Source: Anthoceros angustus
Lineage: Eukaryota > Plantae > Anthocerotophyta
Length of the DNA: 64,000 nt
Direction: 5' to 3'
Assembly: GCA_010909165.1 (NCBI GenBank)
Contig: VJWM01000019.1
Span: forward strand, 620,001 to 684,000
A program made the translations under genes and the position numbers. Shown here piece after piece: positions 1 through 10,479 of the stretch. The first letter of the stretch is position 1; every line of letters starts with the position of its first letter. The notes beneath the pieces are model-generated. The model saw only the letters and a program-made list of their open reading frames with translations. It did no database searches and was not told the DNA's origin.

Positions 1-2513
1 CGGTGTACTCGATGTGCATCTCTGACTACGATTTCTCTCTTCTCGAGGCGGGACATGATCTTGGTGCTGCTGTGGCAGTCATTGCACATGCGCAAGTTCT
101 TGGTGACCACCAAAGTGGTGCCATCTGGGGTGTTGAGAAGGCCATATGCCAATGCCAATTTCTCAGCATGCCCGCACAGGGCATCCTCCTTCTCCTGCTC
201 AGACACTGCCTTCAGCACCAATTGTGTTTGTGGTACATGGCCTCCTTCCTCCTTCAACCTCGTACTCACGCTCCTGAGCTTCGGGGAGATGTCCGTCCTC
301 TCTTCCCCTACTGTGAACTCGTGCACCTCCTTCTCCACTTCGATGCATGCCTTTGCAGCCTTCTTCACAGCACCTGCTGACTTCCTCCAGCTTTCCACCC
401 TGTCCACGTCGTCCCACCTGCCTGCATCCGCGTATATGTTCCCCAGCAGGACGTATGAAGTTGAATTCTCAGGTTCCAGTTCCACGAGATGGTCGAAAGA
501 TCGTCTTCCCCGCTCTACATCACCGTGAGTCTTGCAAGCTGTGAGCAAGGCTGTCCAGCCCACGACGTCGTTGGTGAATGACGTTGTTCGCAACAAATGT
601 TCGGCCTCGTCCAGTTTGCCAGACCGGCCTAGAAGATCAACCATGCAACTGTGGTGGTAGTCGGTCGGTACGATCCCGTAGTCCTCCACCATCATCCTAA
701 AATACCGCTGGCCTTCCTGCACCAGGCCTGCATGGCTGCATGCCACAATGAGACATACAAATGTCATCTCATCAGGCTTAACTCCTTGCTGCAGCATATC
801 TTCAAAGCACCGGACCGCCATGTGACCCTCACCATGTTCAGCATATCCCTTCAGCATCGCTGTCCATGTCACCAAGTTTCTTGAGGGCAATCCGTCAAAG
901 ACTTTGCGGGCATCTTCTAGACTCCCACACTTCGAGTACATGCCAACCAAGCAGCTGCCAATGACTGGGTTAGCCTCAAGGCCTCTGTCCCGACACAGAG
1001 AATGAAGCTCCATCCCTTGCTGCAGCGCGCCCACACTGGCACATGCTTGCAAGAGACAAGAAACCGTAACATGATTAGCAGCAGGCAGGAAAGCCTCCTC
1101 CTTCTGCATACTCGCATACAAAGCCAGGGCTTGTTGCCCAAGCCCCTGCTGAGCATATCCTGCAATCATGGCATTCCATGTCACAACATCTCTTCTGGGC
1201 AAAGCATCAAACACTTCCCGAGCATCCTCCAAGCTGCCGCATTTCGCGTACATATTCACCAGGCTGTTACCAATGCCTGCATCACCTTCCAACCGTCTTT
1301 CCCGAATCTGCCAGTGAAGCTCTCTGCCCTGCTGCAGCGCTCTCTCCCCCACACTGGCACAGGCTTGAAGGAGACACACGAAAGTAACACGATTGGCTGA
1401 AGGCATGCCGTCCTCTTTCTGCATCCTCGCGTACAATACCAGAGCTTCTTCCCCAAGCCCCTGCTGACTATATCCTGCGATCATGGCAGTCCAAGTCACC
1501 ACGTCCTTCCTGGGCAAGCTGTCAAACACTTTCCGAGCACCATCCAAGCTGCCGCACTTAGCATACATATTCACCAAGCTGTTCCCAACGAAAACATCCG
1601 CCTTGACAGCACTCGCTTGAATGTCAGCATGCACCTCCTTGCCCGAAACCAGGTCCTCTGCAACGGCACAAGCCTGAAGGGCTGCCACGAAGATGTGATT
1701 ATCCGGCTCCACGCCGAACTGTCTCATCTGCCTGTAAAAGCTGATGGCCTGTGCAGGCTGTCCCTGCCGAGCATGCGCCAAAATGATGGAAGACCACATG
1801 TGGATGCTGGGCGTTGGCACCTGACCAAACACCTGCACTGCATCCTCCAATTTGCCAAGAGAGGCATACATACCAATGACATGATTCACCAAAAACGCGT
1901 TGGAACCCAACCCCCGTGTCGCAGCAAGAGAATGCACGCGCCTACCACATTCCAGGTCCTTCTCTTCTGCGCACCTCTTCAGCAAACGGTGAAAGAGAAT
2001 GCCGCTGATCCGACATCCCCGCTGCACCAGTTGCTCCAACGCTTCAACAGCCTCGCTGAGCTCTGCGTCCTCGCAGCGTCTGCTCAACATCTCGCCCACC
2101 CAATTCTCCTCCTGCCCATTTCCAGCCGCTGCAGCGGAAGCCCCCATTCGGACATCCCAGCTGGCCAGCTGCGAATCCACCCATACAGGCTTGTGGTAAT
2201 TGTCGAGCCATAGGGGCTCCTGGGAGGTCTTGTGTCTGAAGTCAGGATGCCGGGAGCCTCTCTTTCCCGCTCTGTAGTCCCACCAGTCCGACGGATTCGA
2301 GAAGAAATGTTGCCACAGAAGCTCCTGCCGCTCTCTCTGCGTCACTCCTTGTGTGGAAGAGATGCCGGCAACGGACGCTGGGACTGGGAATGCATCCAAA
2401 TGCCCCGTTACACCACCTGGGCCGCTGCGGAAAAGGCATCCTGGCTTGCCTGGCAACCTGCAGGAGAGGGCATCCGGGAAAAGGCTCACACCCATCGCCA
2501 GCTGCATTCCCAT
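1..2513 (-). CDS. PLS-class pentatricopeptide repeat protein with E and DYW (KP-type) deaminase domain; 3' end outside the window
   Basis: One minus-strand frame from ATG 2513 to the window edge; both ends fall in the same frame. PLS repeats (VFVGNSLVNMYAKCGSLDGARKVFDSLPRKDVVTWTAMIAGYSQQG), E domain (SYVLLGNIYADAGRWDDV), then KKAAKACIEVEKEVHEF...CGHAEKLALAYGLLNTPDGTTLVVTKNLRMCNDCHSSTKIMSRLEKREIVVRDAHRVHR. Missing from the ORF track because it has no stop codon in the window. Confidence 0.95.
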   Translation of the reverse strand, partial: MGMQLAMGVSLFPDALSCRLPGKPGCLFRSGPGGVTGHLDAFPVPASVAGISSTQGVTQRERQELLWQHFFSNPSDWWDYRAGKRGSRHPDFRHKTSQEPLWLDNYHKPVWVDSQLASWDVRMGASAAAAGNGQEENWVGEMLSRRCEDAELSEAVEALEQLVQRGCRISGILFHRLLKRCAEEKDLECGRRVHSLAATRGLGSNAFLVNHVIGMYASLGKLEDAVQVFGQVPTPSIHMWSSIILAHARQGQPAQAISFYRQMRQFGVEPDNHIFVAALQACAVAEDLVSGKEVHADIQASAVKADVFVGNSLVNMYAKCGSLDGARKVFDSLPRKDVVTWTAMIAGYSQQGLGEEALVLYARMQKEDGMPSANRVTFVCLLQACASVGERALQQGRELHWQIRERRLEGDAGIGNSLVNMYAKCGSLEDAREVFDALPRRDVVTWNAMIAGYAQQGLGQQALALYASMQKEEAFLPAANHVTVSCLLQACASVGALQQGMELHSLCRDRGLEANPVIGSCLVGMYSKCGSLEDARKVFDGLPSRNLVTWTAMLKGYAEHGEGHMAVRCFEDMLQQGVKPDEMTFVCLIVACSHAGLVQEGQRYFRMMVEDYGIVPTDYHHSCMVDLLGRSGKLDEAEHLLRTTSFTNDVVGWTALLTACKTHGDVERGRRSFDHLVELEPENSTSYVLLGNIYADAGRWDDVDRVESWRKSAGAVKKAAKACIEVEKEVHEFTVGEERTDISPKLRSVSTRLKEEGGHVPQTQLVLKAVSEQEKEDALCGHAEKLALAYGLLNTPDGTTLVVTKNLRMCNDCHSSTKIMSRLEKREIVVRDAHRVH

Positions 2514-2790
2514 CTCCTCCTCCGCGATTGTCACCTCCGACTCGGCTGGTCCATCAGCATTTTGCGCCCGAATGTGCGATTGAATCGTCTGTCAAAGCCA
2601 TCGCGTTCTCTCAGTCGTATAAAAACTCAATCAGCGGGAAAGCGTTCACAAAATTACGACCGAAGCTAGCTGTAGTCTAATATAGTTTCTGAGACGGTTC
2701 ACCTACAGTCTGCGAATCTCTACGATGTTTTCTAACCGATGAAACTAGCTTTCTTGACTGGAAGAATTAACAGGTAGCCAATACAACTTG

Positions 2791-3831
2791 TCAAACTTGG
2801 GCGAACTTCTCGACGTAGGAACCGGCAAGACCTGAAGTGCCGAGCACTCCAATCTGCAATTTAGAGCTCTGGCATCAGCGAAAGAGTGCTTTATGTAGGA
2901 AATCATTCACGAGCCAAAACTTTGATTCATTAGAAAATTACCTCTCCCCACTCAGCTTCCAAGCCGTTGCAGCGCTGCTTAACTTGAAGCATGAGGCTTC
3001 CAAGATCCAACTCCACCTTCTTCTTCAAGTAGCCCTCGGTTCCTTCATCAATGGAGTCCAAATAAGCGGAGTATCGGGCAAATGCAGACTTCAAAGCCTT
3101 CACGATTGGTTCTGGAATTTCTGCAACATCCTGTGTACAACAGCTTGATTGAGGACAAGAGGAGCACAGAAACTGCACTACACCACACTACCGCTTTCCA
3201 AATGCAGATTTCATACCTCACCACCGAATTTTCCCCCACTGAGCTCGTCCAGCTCCATCCTTAAGTGAATCAGTTTTGCTCCAAACTGCTCCACCGCTTG
3301 AGCCGACTGCCAAGAGGTGAGGAGGACTTCATCCCGATGATTAGCCAGGGTCGACTCCACGATCTTCTTCGTGCCATCGTCAATTTTCGCCCAGTTGTTC
3401 ACGTAGAGCGTTGCCAGGGCCTTCTTCACTTGCGGATCGGAGACCGGAGGAAGCTCTCGTGCGCCACCGCTCATGTGCCGCAAGTGAGGGATGCGAACAA
3501 ATCCAGAAATCTGGCCTGCATTTGCGTTCTCTGCACCAAAGCATCCATCCCGAATTTAAATGTCAGCATGACAACACGAGGTCTCCTACTTCACACATGT
3601 GGCTCGGCTCCATCATCCCGCCAAATCACCATCCTTCCACAAGACTCGGGCATCCCGAGTGACACAACGTTCAGCCAGTAGGAGTCGAGGTGGGAGGCAA
3701 TTACCTCCAAATTGAGAGGTAGGCGCAGAGGCAAAGGTCCTGAGAACCTGGGGACTGAAGCTGATGTCGTCTCCCCTGAACCTGCGGGCAGCGCAGGCCG
3801 CGAGACGCCGGGCCACAACCCTGCTTGCCAT
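2791..3831 (-). CDS. SDH5: Mitochondrial succinate dehydrogenase subunit 5 (plant-specific), multi-exon
   Basis: Arg-rich presequence MASRVVARRLAAC; exons AQAVEQFGAKLIHLRMELDELSG and YLKKKVELDLGSLMLQVKQRCNGLEAEWGE; last exon IGVLGTSGLAGSYVEKFAQV* matches the SDH5 C-terminus (LGTSGLSGSYVE). Confidence 0.9.
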
Positions 3832-4221
3832 AGCTGGCTAGGATAATACAAGTCGCTCCAACTAAAACTTAACCTAATTGCAGATCTTCCAGAAGATGGA
3901 CACGAAACGGGTAATCGGGACGCTCGCACTGTGGGCTGGGTCGAGGCCACTCCGATGATGGAGAAGGCAGCCATAGCTGCCAGATATTTTACTTTTGAGA
4001 GAGGGGAGAGACCGCACCGCAGGGAGCGGCGGGACAACAAGTCTCGGAAGATCGCAAGGACGCTGGGCCGGAAGCTATGAGATATGCATTCCTGAGATAC
4101 GCACTGTCAGGCATAGATTTGTAGCATCCCACCGGACGGCAGGATGAACTTGTGTCGTCTCTCATGGTGAGCGACGAGGTTCTAGGGGTTCTGTGAACTC
4201 GGGAAAGGACGGGGCTGCTGC

Positions 4222-6070
4222 ATGATGGCGGCAGTGGCAGTATCCGGAGCCGTTGTTTGCGTAGCCAAGCCGGGATTGGGCTACGAGACCCTGAGGCGGG
4301 GGAGTTCCTGCAAAGAAAGCGCAACAGGGACCGCCTCGCCCTCTCGCATTGCGGATAGAGGAGATGGAATCAGGCTTAGGACTGCAGGTGATAGGAGGGC
4401 CAGTTGCTGTAGGAGGTTTAGCAAGGTAAGGGCCTTGGTTGATGCTGGAGCGCAGCAGAGCACGAGCGATGGTGGCTTCGCCGAGGACAACAAGTCGATA
4501 TCGGACTTCCTACGGTTTTGTGACAATGGCGACCAGGGGTCCGAGCTTCAAACTGCCATTATAACTTACACCAAGCCATTTCCATGGCGAATTTTCCAGA
4601 GACAGCAGGTGTGGCTTGGCCCTAGTGTGGTGTGTTGAGTGAGCTGTGGGGTACCTTCTTTGGACGGTTGCAATTCCGAAGAGGTGATTTGTGGACACTC
4701 TATTGATGTTCTTGTTTTTGATGCCGATGGCAGGTTGACCTGGTATCAGCTGTCCATATTGCTGATAAGCCGTGCGTATCTCTGATCTACATGTTCATGG
4801 CTTTGCTCATGTTTTGGTTCACTGAGCGCACTGATCCATGTTCTGGTCTGAGCAACTGTTGCTTATCTTTGCAGTTATTTTGATCAGCTCCAGGATGAGC
4901 TGGGAACTTACGACCGAGTTTTGTTTGAGATGGTGGCTGACAAATCCTCGGAGCAGAGAAGCAGGACGATGAGGTCCCGGTGGAGGCCCCCAAAGCCAGG
5001 CATTAAGAGATCAGGCTTTAGCGTTATAGGGGCTATTCAACAGGGAATTGCCTATGTGCTTGGTTTGGACTTCCAATTAGAGTGTATGGACTACCGGAGG
5101 GACAACTGGTACCATGCTGATATGGACTATGAAACCTTTCAAGGCCTGCAGGTAGCACATGACTCTTACTTGTTTTTTTCTGCAGCCTTGATTGTGGTGG
5201 TGGTATGCATTTCCCAGGAGAAACGTCTGACATACTCTTGTAATGCTGGCAGAAAGAGCGAGGGGAGACATTTCTATCGTTTGCAAGAGACATGAGCTTG
5301 GCATCCACCAAAGCCATCATGAGTGCCACTCTCCCATCATACTTGGATCCGTTTCGAGCCAAGCTGCTGTGGGTGTCCCGTGTAATGCCAATGCCGCTTG
5401 TCGGACTGTTCGTCATCGAGGGTGTTTGTGCCCCCTCCGGAGCACCTCTAAACAAGTCCCCAGAGATGAAGGCCTTGTTAGACTTGGATCTGGCAGTGGC
5501 TCTGAAAGTCTTTCTTGCAAAGCGCATCAGCATAGAGTAAGCACTCCTTCCACCCACTATCGCTAATGTGTGAACCATAACAGTCTCCTGTCTTCTCAAC
5601 AACCTTTCTCCAATGGCAGCCTGGCAGATGGCACAACATCGTTAATGGAAAGGTCTGTGATCATCGGCGAGCGCAACAAAATAGCCATGCAGGAGCTGCA
5701 AGAAGCCCTTCGAGCAGGGTGCCAAAAAATTGCCGTCTTCTACGGCAGTGGTCACCTCCCAGACATGGACCAACGCCTGAGAAAGGACTTCGGGCTGGAA
5801 GCCAGCGATATCCGCTGGAGGACAGCTTGGTCCATGAAGACCCGCATCAAAGCAACCAAGCCCGGCAGCTTTTCGACGGCCCTCAAAGTACTCCAAGAAG
5901 CTTCTGGCTGGCCACTGGACAGATACCAAACTCTGGGCGTTATCCTGTTCTCGGCCATACTGGCCGTGGACTTGTGGTTCTGGGAGATTTTCCTAGGAGC
6001 CATGAACGAATATGTGGAAAGCGTCGTTTCCGCAATTGTACAGTTCCTTGATACAGGTTGGACGCTGTAG
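4222..6070 (+). CDS. Conserved plastid-targeted protein of unknown function (resembles Arabidopsis At5g19540 family), multi-exon
   Basis: Transit-peptide-like N-terminus. Exons ELQTAIITYTKPFPW, LDFQLECMDYRRDNWYHADMDYETF, AKLLWVSRVMPMPLVGLF and SVIIGERNKIAMQELQEALRAGCQKIAVFYGSGHLPDM; C-terminal hydrophobic helix; stop at 6070. Confidence 0.8.
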
Positions 6071-6169
6071 TCGGGACAACATTTGTCTGTTGTATATATG
6101 AATGACGCAATCGGAGGAATGCGCAGTTTCCACTAACTTAACTGTTCCGAAACTCAATCTGATATGGAA

Positions 6170-6340
6170 GCAAAACTGCTTGAGGTTCCCGGAACTCGAG
6201 ATAGATAGAAAGTGCGATGAGTAGACAGACAGGGCATAATTGTAATGAGGGGAAAGGGGAACCCAAAGTAGGCAAAACTGCTTGAGGTTCCCGGAGTGCG
6301 ATGAATAGACAGACAGGGTACAACTGACAGGGCATAGTTG
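6170..6340. repeat. Imperfect local duplication, two copies about 100 bp apart
   Basis: GCAAAACTGCTTGAGGTTCCCGGA at about 6170 and 6272, each followed by GTGCGATGA(G/A)TAGACAGACAGGG. Confidence 0.75.
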
Positions 6341-6445
6341 TAGATTGAGAAAAGGAATACTCAGGAGTGTGCATTTCACGAGGAGAGAAGGAAAACTCGG
6401 ATGAGGAAACTTCGAACTAATGCAACAAACTTATTACAGTGTGAT

Positions 6446-6517
6446 AGGTCCCACCGAGATTTGAACTCGGGCTACTGGATTCAGAGTCCAGTGTCCTAAC
6501 CACTAGACTATGGGACC
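6446..6517 (-). tRNA. trnQ-CUG: tRNA-Gln, anticodon CTG
   Basis: Reverse complement GGTCCCATAGTCTAGTGGTTAGGACACTGGACTCTGAATCCAGTAGCCCGAGTTCAAATCTCGGTGGGACCT. Acceptor stem GGTCCCA/TGGGACC, anticodon stem CTGGA/TCCAG with loop CT-CTG-AA, and T-loop TTCAAAT. Confidence 0.96.
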
Positions 6518-7007
6518 ATATTTGACAATTGTCATCTTTATTATAAATTTACTTTCTATATTACCTGTTTTTTTTTATAATCACTCTAAACGACACACCG
6601 CAAAACAACTAATTATTCGAACGTAATTTCTTTGTTCCCGCGGTGCGTGGAGCAATCGGATCCGGCATCAGACTGCATGAATGAGTCGGAGTGGCGAGGG
6701 AAGGATTGGATCCCGTGAGCTCGGCTTGGAGCGTGAATACCTTGGGCCTGGTAATTCCTGCGACACCGCTGGCCATTGGATCGTCGCCTGCAAGCCAACT
6801 CCAGCTCCAGCTCGCGAATGCTTGCTTCTTCGATTCTGTTTCACAAGCTGAAGTGAGGTCGAGGTCGAGGACGGGCGGGAGGCGGGGGACGGGGGCGCGC
6901 CAGCAGCAGGGACAGCAGGGCCGGCTGCAGGGGCGTGCCATCCGGGGTTCCCCAGGCTTCGGGGAGCCGGCCTGGATTGAGCACCAAGAAAGGTGCCAGT
7001 TAGGTTG

Positions 7008-9770
7008 ATGCGGGAGAGAGCTGCGCCCGGATGCGCCACAATGACCAAAGACTTGAGCTCAGCGATGTCCAATATGTAAGTTGCGCCTAGGGCCGGGCCG
7101 GGACGGGACGGGCCCGGGCTCTGGCAAGGCAGCTTGGCACGCCAAGCCGAGGCACCAATTTTTAGAATTGAGGCCCAGTTCACTTTGGCAGTAGTTTGAT
7201 GTGCGTCAGTCGTTCGCCTTTCAATTCGTTCACCTTTGCGTGACGTGCCGCTGCCTGTCTCCCGCGCCATGGACAGGTACATCACCGTGAATTTGCAGGA
7301 CATCCGGAAGGAGATGCAATGCCCAATTTGTCTCGGTATGCATCTCTCCCGTCCACATTTATATTTTGTTGTGCTTCCGGGCCGAGGATCACTCCGCATT
7401 CAGCTCGGGAAATTCGTTGCCGGGGGCAACGGTCAGGCAGCAGGGGATGTGCTGGTTTTTGTGAACGTGCGGATCGCGGAAAATCTAGAGGGGACGGCAT
7501 TCCGTGCTCATGGATCAGATACGTGTGCATGGGAACGGGATTGATACTGTGGCTGTGGTGATGAATTCTCGGTGGCAGGGATTATCCGCAAGACAAGGAC
7601 CGTCATGGAGTGTCTGCACCGGTTCTGCAGGGAGTGTATTGATAAGTCCATGCGCTTGGGGTAAGTGATTGTAAAATCTCGGTTCCAGATGGGGATGGAG
7701 CTCACTGGAGCGACAGTGTCGCATCGTCTTCTTGCGTGACTCGTTTCTCGCGATTTTTTTCTGTATCTCAGCTAGGATGGAGGCATTGTTTGTGGTGAAC
7801 ACTGTCATGCTTTGCTGCCGTTGGACGAAAATTTGTTCGGGAAACCCTGGCTCGGCTTTTGTCGTCTAGTCTGCTGTCGGATCGTATCGTGTGCAGGCTT
7901 TCTTACTGCCGCGGTGGAATTATCGCAGGAACAATGAATGTCCCTCATGTCGGACTCATTGCGCCAGTCGCAGGTCTCTTCGAGATGATCCCAATTTTGA
8001 TGCACTTATAGCGGCCATCTATCCGGACATTGACAAGTACGAGGAACAGGTGAAATGGGGGTTTTGTTTGAGCTGTAGGATGGAGGGATGTGACGCTTCT
8101 AAGTTGCAAATGGGGCTAAGGTGGTCAGCCTCGGGTTGCGGTTTGCTGTTGTAGACTAGCGTGCTGTTGTTGGAGGTTGAAGCCTTGCTCCTAGTCATGC
8201 TGTGCTTGCTTCTTGAAGTGCTGGATGATGAACCTACTTGGAAAAGGGTCTGCACCAAGAAGAAGTTTATTGCCTGCTCGTGCAATGCGGCGACTTGCTT
8301 GCTGAATTCAATTCATTCTTGGTGAATCAGGAGGCTTTTCTTCTCGACGAGGAGAGACGGAAGAACGAGCAGGTACGCGTTCTCGGGTTTACTTTGACCT
8401 AACTCGTTAATCCACGAAGATGCTTTCCATCAGAGGCTAATCAAGGACGATGATCATGGATGATTTCAACAGATTCAGGCTAGCATAGCAGACACTTTCC
8501 GTCGACAGAACCAGGCAGTTGTTAGGAGGCGGAGTTCATCAAGCAAAGCAACTGCAGCAGCCATTGTAAGAAAAGCTCATAGCTTTCGTGGGGTGCAAGC
8601 AAGCCGAAGCAGAGGTAGGGGAAGAGGAAGAGGCCGATCCACATATTCCTCCCGTTCACGGTATGTGGAGGATGATGATGATGACGATGACGATGAGGAT
8701 GAAGATGATGACGATGAGCAGGATGAAGATGAGTATCAGGAAGCAGAGGAAGAAGATCATGGTGAAAGCTCTGAAGAGGAATCCTTCAGGCTTCCTGAGA
8801 GAAAACGACGAAGGCCGAGGGTGTCTGTGTCATCTGATAACAGTGAGCAAGATAGGGGTGCCCATCAAAGTCAGAACGCTGCCAACCACAGTGAGGGGAT
8901 GCCCACCAGTGTAGAAAATGCTGCTCAAAAGGTTTATGATGGAGCAGTAAGAGCTGAAGAGGATGTTGTAACGTGGGCAGTGGCTGGTGCACGCAGTCAA
9001 TCACGCCATGGGAATGGTGTCCCAGATCAAAATCTAAACAGGCATCACCGGCTGCAAATATCTGCTCTATGGAAAAGCGTGGAATCAAATGCAGTCAAGG
9101 AGAGGGCTTCTGAGGTATCGCCTTTGACCCCCTCCCTGGTACCTCCTTGTCTAGCAGTTACCTTCAGAATCCCAGTTTGCATTGTTCATGATGCTTTCGG
9201 ATGCATGCAGCTCCATATCTTCATCAACTTGCAACCTCTGAAGAATGAAGCGAGTGAAGAAAACTTGCCTGGTTTAGAACGTCCTCACATAAGCTGTCCA
9301 CCCAAGATGACGGTTCACCAGGTTCTTCAGGTACACTACAACTTCCTGGAGCTGTTTGGGAGTCCTCAGCTCGTATGGAGATGCTGACTTCCTGTCTGCT
9401 CTACAGCTCCTTGATTTAAGATTGTCCCCAAGACCCAAGGGGGAACTGGAGGTTTTGGTGGCGAAAGCTCATCAGTGTGATGGTGGTCCTCCTGATTCCA
9501 AGACGTCACATCAGCAGCAGCAAATGAGGATACCAACCGATCCAGATTATGAAGTTTTGAATCCATCCATCCCTCTAAAGCAAGTCTTTTCAGATAGTAC
9601 GGGGGGCAATTGCCTGGTAAGCCTGCCTCTACATGACCTTCAAAAGTTTTCGAATTCAGCGTTATTAAATAGTCATCTTGTTCTTGTTATATTTCTGAGA
9701 ACTGGCTGCTGCAATTGTACTGGCTCTCTTGCAGGCACTCTTGTATAGACTGAAAACCTGTGGACCGTGA
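7008..9770 (+). CDS. RING1: RING1-like E3 ubiquitin ligase (Polycomb PRC1 RING1a/b family), multi-exon; start uncertain (7008, 7041 or 7269)
   Basis: MQCPICLG|[27 protein letters not shown]|[40 protein letters not shown]; RG-rich and acidic central region; RAWUL-like C-terminus ending [12 protein letters not shown] phase-2 intron 7076-7276 would join an upstream ATG in frame. Confidence 0.92.
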
Positions 9771-10129
9771 GCGAACTTGTCGCCGGAGCACTCTTTAGCA
9801 GGCACTCTAAAGCATGCATCGTCGTTAGCAGGCACTCTTTAGCATGCATCTTCTGCTCGAAACTTGTTTTTTTGTCCCAAAGCCTTCGGTACCTTCTTTT
9901 TTGTCCAGAAATAGTTGCGCTTCTCTTTGTATAAGTAGGGGTTCGATGAATCTTGTTTCCGATGAATCTTGTTTCTAGATAGAATCTTTCTTTATATTTA
10001 CTCCTAGAATTTCTGACTTACAATACAAGTCAGATGATGTACCTGCACCTTCTATGAAAATTAAGACATATAGCTTATAAAACCTAAGAACATATTATGG
10101 TCAGGTAGGGAGGATTGAAGAAGAGAAGT

Positions 10130-10205
10130 GGACTAGTAGCTTAGTTGGATAGAGCTTTTGTGTTTCAATAGCACACATAGTCGGCAAGAGTTCGAATACT
10201 CGGAG
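10130..10205 (+). other. Degenerate tRNA-like / SINE-head-like sequence
   Basis: A-box-like TAGCTTAGTTGG, stem-loop TGTGT-TTCAATA-GCACA and B-box-like GAGTTCGAATAC. The acceptor stem does not pair. Confidence 0.45.
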
Positions 10206-10479
10206 GCGATCATTGTGAAGAAAAGTGTGGAATACTCGGAGGCGATCATTGTGAAGAAAAGTGTGGAATACTCGGAGGCGATCATTGTGAAGAAAAGTGT
10301 GAATACTCGGAGGCGATCATTGTGAAGAAAAGTGTGGAATACTCGGAGGCGATCATTGTGAAGAAAAGTGTGGAATACTCGGAGGCGATCATTGTGAAGA
10401 AAAGTGTGGAATACTCGGAGGCGATCATTGTGAAGAAAAGTGTGGAATACTCGGAGGCGATCATTGTGAAGAAAAGTGT
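10194..10479. repeat. 36-bp tandem repeat, 8 copies
   Basis: Unit GAATACTCGGAGGCGATCATTGTGAAGAAAAGTGTG, near-perfect (third copy lacks one G), with no spacers. Confidence 0.95.

Noticed and set aside
3-2680. Many + strand ORFs of 60-200 aa
   Set aside because: They are antisense shadows of the minus-strand PPR-DYW reading frame.
6668-7399. 243-aa minus-strand ORF
   Set aside because: It is GC-rich 5' region antisense to RING1, with low-complexity translation and no family motif.
10194-10479. 36-bp repeats as a CRISPR array
   Set aside because: The units are contiguous with no unique spacers, there are no cas genes, and the context is eukaryotic.
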